NCBI GenBank assembly: GCA_020184695.1
Contig: JAANOX010000036.1
Span: 1-64,000 of the forward strand
Direction of reading: 5' to 3'
DNA: 64,000 nucleotides
Source: Histomonas meleagridis 2922-C6/04-290x
Taxonomy: Eukaryota > Protista > Parabasalia
Shown here: in pieces, positions 30,728 through 39,279 of the stretch
Layout: each line of letters starts with the position of its first letter
Numbering within the stretch: position 1 is the first letter of the stretch
Notes under the pieces: generated by a model
Told to the model about the DNA's origin: nothing
What the model saw: the letters and a program-made list of their open reading frames with translations, nothing else
Database searches by the model: none
Made by a program: the position numbers and the translations under genes

Positions 30728-32087
30728 ACTTTTATCATTAACATCAATTCCTTTTTGTTTAAGAAGTAATTCTTTGATTTCTGTATGGTTTTTTTCTGAT
30801 GCCATCATAAGTGCTGTTTTAAATATTTTATATTGTTTCCAAATATTATTTTATAATGTCAAATTAATAAAACAGACTTCATTTAAACGAAACGAATATT
30901 TTTAGTATTGATATCAATTCCTTCTTTCTCCAGAAGTAATTTAACTATTTCTATGTAATTATTTCTTGCTGCAATCATAAGTGCTGTAAAAAATATTTCA
31001 ATTATATCCCAAATAATTTTTTAAAATGTCATGTTATTAAAACAAATTTCAAGCAAAACATATAAACACTTTTTGCATTTAAATCAATTCCTTTTTGTTC
31101 AAGAAGTATTTTAACAATTTCAGTATGTCCATTCCTCGACGAAAATATGAGAGATGTATATAATAATCCAAATAATTACCAAATAATCTTTAAAAATATT
31201 AAATTCTTACAATAAATATTATATAAAACATATAAACATCTTTAGCATTTATGTCAATGTTTTTTTGTTTAACAAGCAAATTAACTATTTCTGTATGACC
31301 ATTTCTAGATGAAAATATGAGAGAAGTATAAAATAATTCAAATAGATTCCAAATTCTTTATTAAAATATTAAAACATTAAATCATATTTTAATTATAACA
31401 AATAAATATTTTTTGCATTAATGTCAATTCCTTTTTGTTCAAGAAGTATTTTAACTATTTCTGTGTTACCACTTCGAGATGCTAAGATAAGTGCTGTAAC
31501 AAATATTTTAAATAATTTCCAAAAATTTTTATAAGATCAGAAACTTTTGAAACAAATATTAAAAAACACAATTTAATATCTTTGGCATTAATATCAATTC
31601 CTTCTTTTTCAACAAGTAATTTCACGATTTCAATCTGGTTATTTCTTGCTGCATTCATCAGTGCTGTATAAAATAATATAAATAATTTCCAAATATTTTT
31701 ACTAAATTAAAAATATCCAAAATAAAATTTAAAAATAATTTATGATCATCTTTAGCATTAATGTTAATTCCTTTTTTCTCAAGAAGTAATTTAACTATTC
31801 CAACATGACCATAATAAGATGCTTTTAGAATTGCAGTATTAAATAATTTGAATTATTTCCAAATATTATATAAAAACCCAAAATTATTTATAAAAATATT
31901 AAACAAAACAAACAAAAGTTTTTAACATTTACATCAGTTTCTTCTTGCTTTAGAATTAATTCAACTATTTCTATGAGATTTTTTTCATATGCAATTATAA
32001 AAACGGTATTAAATAATTAGAAAGATTTCCAAATATTATTTTTTAGTATTATACTAAAGAAACAAATATCTTATATTACAAATGAAC
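30728..32087 (-). repeat. Interrupted ankyrin array: 8 x (80-nt AT-rich spacer + 90-nt ankyrin-coding block), exact 170-nt period
   Basis: Blocks at 31918-32007, 31748-31837, 31578-31667, 31408-31497, 31238-31327, 31068-31157, 30898-30987 and 30728-30817. Each translates to 30 stop-free residues such as TALMNAARNNQIEIVKLLVEKEGIDINAKD. Confidence 0.95.
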
Positions 32088-33389
32088 ATCTTTAGCATTA
32101 ACATCAATTTCTTGTAATTCAAGAATATAATTAATAAGTTCCTTATTTTCTGATTCTAAAGACTTAAATAAAATATCATTTGGAATTTGATTGTTTTCAA
32201 GAAAATGTTGTACAAGAAATAAGTTACCGATTCTTGCTGCTTCATTTATTATAAAATTATTAATTTCCTTTTTTTCTTCTTCTAAATATAAAATAAGTTC
32301 ATAATTACCAGAAATGACACAAAAATATTTTAATTTATCAATAGTTTCAAACTCCATTATAGTGTTTATATGTTTTTTGTCTATTTTTACATTAAATAAT
32401 GATGAATTTCCAAATGTTGACAAGTTTTGTATTTTTTCTGATTTCTTTTCATAAATATATTTGAAAATATCATTCCTGTGGAATATAATTGCTGTTTCAT
32501 AAGCGTTATCAAATGATGATTGATTTTGTTCACATAAATAAATTATCTCTAAATTTCCACCTGCAACTGCATATTTACCTGTATTATATACATTTGCACT
32601 ATTCATAAGTAAATATTTAAAGCATTTAATTGCAGAAAAAAATGCTGCATAATCAATTAATGTAACATTGTTTTGATTAATAAATGAACATCTTTCATAA
32701 AGTGATGGCTCAATTGTTTGATTAAAATCGAATTTTATTTGTGATGATATTTCTTGCAGTTTTTCTATTTCATCATTTCGAATTATTTTCGCAATTTCAT
32801 TCGGATTAACGCCTTCATTGATTAATTGCATATGAAGTTGCCAATCATTCTTTGATAGTTCATCATAATTTTTGATAAAAGTATTATTTTGTGTACAAAA
32901 TGGACCATTATACATTATTAATTTGCTTTTTTCTGTTGCTTTTCGGTGGGAAAAATATAGTGAATTAATATTTTTAATAACACTTTCATTAAGTAAATTC
33001 TTTTCAATCATTTTCTCAATTAGATAATATGATTCTTGTGATATATTTATGGTAACATATTTATTAAAAATCTCAATAATTTTGTGATTAATTTTCATTT
33101 CTTCTTCTTTACTTTGAATTGCTTCTAAAAAATTTAAGTAATACTTATACACATTCTTTTTTGAAGGAAATATAAAGAAAATTAAATTACTTATGATAAC
33201 ATTAAATGTATATTGAAAATTTATATTTAATATTTTCATTATTTGTTGAGTTATTAAATCAAAATTTTCTTCATTTAAACTAAGTATAATATGTTCAAGT
33301 TCAATAAGTAATTCCATACTGCTTTGACAATTAGAAGCTTTATTTTCAGTATTCGTGTTGAGGATGTGTTCGTGTGGGTTATTTAGCAT
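32076..33389 (-). CDS. DUF3447/ankyrin-repeat protein, N-terminal part; continues into the interrupted array
   Basis: IAKIIRNDEIEKL, TLIDYAAFFSAIKCFKYL and YAVAGGNLEII (trichomonad DUF3447-ank pattern); ends LQEIDVNAKD-VHL* at the first spacer. Confidence 0.85.
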   Translation of the reverse strand: MLNNPHEHILNTNTENKASNCQSSMELLIELEHIILSLNEENFDLITQQIMKILNINFQYTFNVIISNLIFFIFPSKKNVYKYYLNFLEAIQSKEEEMKINHKIIEIFNKYVTINISQESYYLIEKMIEKNLLNESVIKNINSLYFSHRKATEKSKLIMYNGPFCTQNNTFIKNYDELSKNDWQLHMQLINEGVNPNEIAKIIRNDEIEKLQEISSQIKFDFNQTIEPSLYERCSFINQNNVTLIDYAAFFSAIKCFKYLLMNSANVYNTGKYAVAGGNLEIIYLCEQNQSSFDNAYETAIIFHRNDIFKYIYEKKSEKIQNLSTFGNSSLFNVKIDKKHINTIMEFETIDKLKYFCVISGNYELILYLEEEKKEINNFIINEAARIGNLFLVQHFLENNQIPNDILFKSLESENKELINYILELQEIDVNAKDVHL

Positions 33390-33582
33390 CCAACGCTGCT
33401 TCAAATTAAATTTATTTTCTCATCACATTTCATAAATAAACGTTCAAATAAAAAAACAAAACAAATTTGATTTGATCCTACAAATCGATTCCATTGATTA
33501 AGAAAAACAAATTCGTATTTATTGTTTTAAATTTATTAAAATATTATAAATTATTTTTCTGTTTCTTTTAGTAATAAAATCA

Positions 33583-34428
33583 TTAGTCTGAATCTGATTG
33601 ATCAGTAGATGATGATGATGATGACGATGATGACTTAATTTCCTTCTTCTTTTGCCTTGGCGATTGTTTGTTAACTGTTTCTTTTGGTGGCTTATGGTGG
33701 TGAATTGAAAGTTTTTGTGTTTGTGGTTCTTCTTTTTTCTTTGCTGCCAAGCCAACGTGTTCCAATTTTGGCGTTGCTTCTGTTTTATTTTGATGTTTTT
33801 TGTGTTCAAATTCAGAATCAGACGATGAAGATGAAGATGCAATTTTTTGTGTTCTCCTACGAGGTGGTGGCATGTGTTCTTCTTCATCTGAAGAAGAGTA
33901 ATCCTCGTCATAGTACTTTGCTGTATGAGTTCTTTGACCATATGATGTTGATAATGGTGGATATCTAGATCTTGGGCCATTATAAGTTGTGGCTGGCCTT
34001 GTTCTGGACATTCGTTGCCTTTGTATTTCGCTTATTGGAACAGTCTTTTTAAATTCGGACATTTTTGTTGTTTGGTACATGTGATCAAGTTGGTGAAGAT
34101 ACCAATCATTCCTGTCCAAAAGTGGCTTTTTGTCTTGAACAGCGGCAAGAAGTCTGTGATTTTCACGTGCAATTCGAATTGAATCATTTTTTGGAGAATG
34201 ATGTTCATCTCTTTCAATATCTCTGCTTCTTGTAACATCCGAATTTCGCCTTTTTTCATTCTCATGGCTCTTGTAACGGCGATATGCTTGTGGAGAAGAT
34301 GGTTTATTAGTATCAATAGAAGAACGAATTTTGCGAAGGGCGTCAATGTGTCTTTGGTATGCTCTGTCACGTGACGCCTTCATACAAATACGGTTGAATT
34401 CCGGGAAAGCTTTGTACTGCCTGTACAT
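33583..34428 (-). CDS. CFAP97/KIAA1430-like domain protein with Ser/acidic tail
   Basis: AYQRHIDALRKIRSSIDTNKP and RIARENHRLL..KKPLLDRNDW. Confidence 0.6.
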   Translation of the reverse strand: MYRQYKAFPEFNRICMKASRDRAYQRHIDALRKIRSSIDTNKPSSPQAYRRYKSHENEKRRNSDVTRSRDIERDEHHSPKNDSIRIARENHRLLAAVQDKKPLLDRNDWYLHQLDHMYQTTKMSEFKKTVPISEIQRQRMSRTRPATTYNGPRSRYPPLSTSYGQRTHTAKYYDEDYSSSDEEEHMPPPRRRTQKIASSSSSSDSEFEHKKHQNKTEATPKLEHVGLAAKKKEEPQTQKLSIHHHKPPKETVNKQSPRQKKKEIKSSSSSSSSSTDQSDSD

Positions 34429-35194
34429 CTCTGGAATGAAATAACGTACTTTAAAGTCAGTTTTGTAAATCTATCAATATTTTGGTTTCAGTTTTTTTCT
34501 GGCGTTTTTTTAATTTCTGGTAAATTAATCACTTTTATGTTGGATATCACAATTTTGGTAAGAGGATGAGCTATACTGGAGATCTAATCTTTACCTTGCT
34601 TTATCTTTATTACTTTTTTTTGATATACACATTTATGTTATTAATTTAATCAAAACAAAATATCTTTCAACTTATTTTAAACTGCATTACTACTTCTTGA
34701 ACAAAAAGGTGCATTAGGTTTTTATTAAATAATAATTTTTTTTCACTTGTCAAAATAATTCATGTCTTATCATCACAATGAAAATATAATTCTTTTTCTG
34801 CTTTAAAAACAAGCTATTTTTGACCTTCCAAGAAAGGTAATTTATATATAATTTTTTTATTATAATATCTGATAAAATTTTATATTTAATTAGTTATATT
34901 GTAGATGAAAATGAGATTCTTAAGTGATTACAAATGAACATACACTTAGGTTTATTTAAAAATGATTCTATGTAGCTTTAAGTATAATAGAAAGTGGCCC
35001 CTGTTCTTATTTGTATTTTTGTATACAATTTTCAAAGAAATATTTTCTCTTAGATGATATGAAACGTTAAATAGTGAAGTTAACAGTAAATATGATTCTA
35101 TTGAAAACGATTAAAATGTGGTGAATATTAAAGCATTTCTAAATTTTATATAAATTATAAAACATTTCACCTGTTCACATCAATTATATTTTTG

Positions 35195-36003
35195 ATGGCC
35201 TTATCTCTTTTGGATGCATTTAAATGGAGACATTCAGTTCGCTCATGTACAAATGATTTCTCCACTGAACAAGACAATGTTGTTCGTTCAATAGTTAAAG
35301 AAGCAAATGAACGGGAAACACCTTTTCATACAAATGGAATGATTGCTATTACAAATCGCAAAATAAATTATTATGGATATGTTATAAATAATATTGGTTG
35401 CATATTAGCTTTAGTTCCAAAGAATCTTTCTCCTGAACTCCAATATAAATCTATGGTTGCCATGCATGTTTTAAGGCACAAATTGCAGTTATGGGATTGT
35501 CTCGTAATAAGATAGGAACAGTTTGGTTAGGAGGAACCTTTGATCGTCAACAAGCAGGAATTGATTTCCTAAATATGGATATTGTATGTTGCATTCCATA
35601 TGGAAATGAAAGCCCTAACTTAACACCAATAACTCGAAATCTTATGAGAGCAGTTCGATCAGATACACGAAAACCAATAGAACAATTATTTTATAATGTT
35701 CAAGAAAGTAAAAGTTATACTGAAGAAACGGCAGGAGATTTACTTCCAATGTTTATGTCAATAAGATCTGGACCAACTGCAATTAATCAGCAAGGATGGA
35801 GTTATGCTGTTGATGGAAAAGAGATGCATGCTTATTATGATAATAGTATGAATTACATTGAACCTGATACTGGAATTGCACTTGGAAATATTGCGCTGTT
35901 GCAAAAGGAAAATAATATCGAACCTAATTTCTTTGTTAAAGAAACTCCACCACCTTCTTATTTAGGAGGTGCTTATGTTTGTACATGCATCATTAAGAAA
36001 TGA
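35195..36003 (+). pseudogene. Nitroreductase-family (TM1586-like) gene with a single frameshift at ~35459
   Basis: WRHSVRS (FMN-binding), IGTVWLGGTF and SGPTAINQQGW; ORFs 35192-35515 and 35491-36003 join if 1 nt is added. Confidence 0.8.
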
Positions 36004-36149
36004 AGTAAACATAAGAAAATCAAACTAATAAAAATCATTAAAAAAATTTATTATATTTATATCATCATCAGTTTATTATCTCTTTTATATGTGTGAAAAT
36101 TATAAATAAAAATTATAGATGATTATAATGAATTATTCTATATTTATTT

Positions 36150-36470
36150 AAACAAATATACATATTGATCATGCAACGACAATCAGACTGTTCATTTTCA
36201 TTCATCCTGTAAATAATTTCCTTTTGGGAATATAATAATTTTAAAATCACATAATATTGTAAGTAGCATTTTGGTTCATTTAACTTTTCCAAAAAATAAT
36301 TTATATTCTTGTTTCCTTAACCAGAATTTTCTGAATATTGTAGATAATTACTTCAAATTACATATTATTTAACAATGTTTCTGCAGAACATATTGCTAGT
36401 ATCCATTTTCACGAACATCTTAAATCATACCTAGGAATTATTCCAGATATTGTTATCATCATATCCACCT
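36150..36470 (-). pseudogene. Possible decayed triose-phosphate/nucleotide-sugar transporter fragment
   Basis: One frame reads ILAICSAETLLNNM*FEVIIYNIQKIL, with multiple stops. Confidence 0.2.
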
Positions 36471-36601
36471 TTTTCACCCCATTTTCATAATTTATATTTT
36501 CATAATTTGTTTTATACCAGCGTTTGTGATAAATAAAAAGTTTTTTGTTAACTGTTGTATTTTTTGAAATGATTTGAGAGATTTACTTTTTTAACAAAGG
36601 G

Positions 36602-38596
36602 ATGGAGCTATTCGACAATGTTCCCCCACAGGTTAATCTACAAAAATTCCCAACAAACATTGAGCCAACTACCAGACTTCAACTTTGCAAATATGAAAAT
36701 TCTTTTATATGCAAATCACATAAATTTATTGTTAGTTTAGAAGAATCAAATACATGGGAACGTTTTAAAAATCTTCCATTTCAATTGATGCCAGGTCAAT
36801 CAATGACTAATGTAGGCACAGGAATTGCTTTTTTTGGAGGTCAAGCTGATAAAATACAAACAAATGAATTATGGTTTTATCAATATGATAGTTGGGTCCC
36901 AATTGTTAACACTATTATGCCAAGAAAGAATCATGCTGCTGCATATATTCCAACTCTTTCATCTTTATTAATTTCAGGTGGCATAAATCAAAAACGAATT
37001 ATATCGGATTTTTCACTTGTCAACATGGAGCTTAGAGAGACCAAAGCTGTTAAGCTTGAACGAGAAATTCATCTTGCATGGCATTCATTGTTATTTTTAC
37101 ATGATACTACAGTTTGTTTAGTTGGAGGTTATGATGAAAAGAACACATTAAATAAATCAATATACATAATTGACATAGCCACTGGTAGCGTCAAACAAAT
37201 AGACTCATTTTTACCTTTTTCACCAACTTATCCGTTTTCAATTTCTTATATTGATCGAATGCTTATTGTTACCAACCCACCACCAAAGAGTGATTCATGG
37301 TGTTATGATTTCACGTATAACATTTGGATGAGACTTGATCTTAGTGATGTGCTTCCTAATGCACTTTTTGTAGTTCCATCAGAAAATTGTCTAACTCTGT
37401 TCGATTCTGGCATGAAAAATTATGTTAAAGCCACTTATAATGACATTAATATTTTAAAAGATCGGATTGTTACACATAATTTAAACTCATCTTTATATAA
37501 ATTTGAAGAAGAACATTTTGATGAAAATCATAAATCAGTATTAAATGCACAAAAAACCGCATTAGTATTGCTTCAATCCGTCGTACGAAATCATACACAA
37601 GTAAATGAATCAGCTCTTTTCCAGCTTGAAATTGAACATGATGAAAATGAGATACGACAACTTCAACAAAGCTTTAAGAAAACAATTAAACATGAAGAAT
37701 CGAAATCAAAAGCACCAAAACTTCAAAAGACTGCATTTGAATTAATGGAAATGATACAGAATCTAAAAGAAAAGCAAAAAGAAGAATCCAATGAACATAA
37801 TAACAACAACTTAGCATTACTTCAAACATTACGTTCATATACATTCGAAGGCTTTAATAAGACAAAAGAAATAAATGAAGAAACACTTAATTATTTCATT
37901 CATATGTCGGAAGAAATGTCCAAACAAATCACAGAACAGAACCAACGGATTAACCAATTACGTAAAATGATTGAAACGCAAAAGAACAAATATGGAAATT
38001 GTTTGTCATCACTTATTTACGCCAAGGAACAACTCGACTTATGGAACACGAATCTAAATGAATCCAAAAGTCAACTTTCAGCATCGATATCGCGTTATGT
38101 TGATTCACAAATCGAATATAACAACTCGTTATTAAATGAAATTCTTTATCCGAATGAAAATACAAATAAAAAGCGACTACTTAGACATGAAGCTTCTGTA
38201 CTACAAAGACAACATATCAATCATAGACGTAGTAAACAAGCGAAGTTAAACCAATTAAACGATGAAATTAAAATGCTTATTAAACAAGGGACAAGTGGAG
38301 GACAAAAAGATGGCGAAATAATGTGCAGACAAGTAAAAACAAGAATTATAGAATTAGTTGAATGGGTAAATGAAAACGCTAGAGGCGTCGGGTCAAATAA
38401 GGAACTAAAATTAAATGAAGATAGTAACAAAGGAATTACTCCAACTTCAATTAGGAGAAAAGTGCCAGCGATGAGAACTCGAGTCGATTCAATGGGAAAT
38501 TATCAGAATAACATTGAATCTGATATAAGTAGTTACTCAAAAAGTGTCATTCTGGCATTAGAGGAATTGAAAAGTTTATACAATTTAACGGTTTAA
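36602..38596 (+). CDS. Kelch/galactose-oxidase beta-propeller plus coiled-coil protein, 664 aa
   Basis: AFFGG, PRKNHAAA..LLISGG and AWHSL..VCLVGG repeats; C-terminal coiled coil. Confidence 0.85.
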   Translation: MELFDNVPPQVNLQKFPTNIEPTTRLQLCKYENSFICKSHKFIVSLEESNTWERFKNLPFQLMPGQSMTNVGTGIAFFGGQADKIQTNELWFYQYDSWVPIVNTIMPRKNHAAAYIPTLSSLLISGGINQKRIISDFSLVNMELRETKAVKLEREIHLAWHSLLFLHDTTVCLVGGYDEKNTLNKSIYIIDIATGSVKQIDSFLPFSPTYPFSISYIDRMLIVTNPPPKSDSWCYDFTYNIWMRLDLSDVLPNALFVVPSENCLTLFDSGMKNYVKATYNDINILKDRIVTHNLNSSLYKFEEEHFDENHKSVLNAQKTALVLLQSVVRNHTQVNESALFQLEIEHDENEIRQLQQSFKKTIKHEESKSKAPKLQKTAFELMEMIQNLKEKQKEESNEHNNNNLALLQTLRSYTFEGFNKTKEINEETLNYFIHMSEEMSKQITEQNQRINQLRKMIETQKNKYGNCLSSLIYAKEQLDLWNTNLNESKSQLSASISRYVDSQIEYNNSLLNEILYPNENTNKKRLLRHEASVLQRQHINHRRSKQAKLNQLNDEIKMLIKQGTSGGQKDGEIMCRQVKTRIIELVEWVNENARGVGSNKELKLNEDSNKGITPTSIRRKVPAMRTRVDSMGNYQNNIESDISSYSKSVILALEELKSLYNLTV

Positions 38597-39060
38597 TATG
38601 GTTGTGGGGGTGGGCCTGGGGGTGGCCTGCGCCTTCTATCGTTAAAGCCATCCCTCCTGAAGTTGCGGCGCGGCGGTTTGTCTCGGAGATATTGCCTTCC
38701 TTCTTCAAAGCCATAATCAATGTTAACAACTATTTTGTGACCACCAATAAAACTGTCATTCATCCATTTGGTTGCTGCAATAGCTGATTCTCTTTTGCAA
38801 AATTCTATAAAACAGAATCCAGCAAATTCATGTGTATCATGTTTAATGCCCATGATAATTCGTTTGATGGGCCCGCACTGAGAAAAAATGGTATAGAGTT
38901 GTGACTCAGTTGTAGGATTTTGTGATCTGCAATTAAGTTTTCCAACATAAACTGTTGTGGAAACAGCTTCTTTCGCAGCTATTACTTCTGGTGAGTATTG
39001 CGCTTTCCGATCAACATATTTAAAAGGTGGTTTTTCGCTGAAAACAATGATCTCAGCCAT
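38593..39060 (-). CDS. NCBP2: Nuclear cap-binding protein subunit 2 (CBP20)
   Basis: STTVYVGKL, FSQCGPIKRIIMG, AGFCFIEF and DYGFEEGRQY. Confidence 0.9.
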   Translation of the reverse strand: MAEIIVFSEKPPFKYVDRKAQYSPEVIAAKEAVSTTVYVGKLNCRSQNPTTESQLYTIFSQCGPIKRIIMGIKHDTHEFAGFCFIEFCKRESAIAATKWMNDSFIGGHKIVVNIDYGFEEGRQYLRDKPPRRNFRRDGFNDRRRRPPPGPPPQPY

Positions 39061-39279
39061 GAACAGATGTTTGTCACTTTTGGGATTTTCTTAGCGTTAC
39101 ACCCCAAGTTCGTTTATTTTATTTTGATCGGTTTTAATAGAATCGCATTCAAAAAGTGATGCTGATACAACTGATTTTTTGCAACCAGTTTATTGTGATA
39201 ACAAACATTTAACTAAATTTCGAGATATTTTCTAACTTTAAATAAAATAACTTTCCATATTTAAAACAATTTATTCATT

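Noticed and set aside
30728-32087. CRISPR array (regular repeat-spacer periodicity)
   Set aside because: The conserved units are 90-nt protein-coding ankyrin blocks with synonymous variation, the context is eukaryotic, and there are no cas genes.
30818-32087. Ordinary GT-AG introns in the ankyrin spacers (GT at spacer positions 9-10 in 6 of 8)
   Set aside because: No AG at a frame-restoring position, no CTAA branch motif and no GTAAGT/GTATGT. Two spacers lack the GT at that position.
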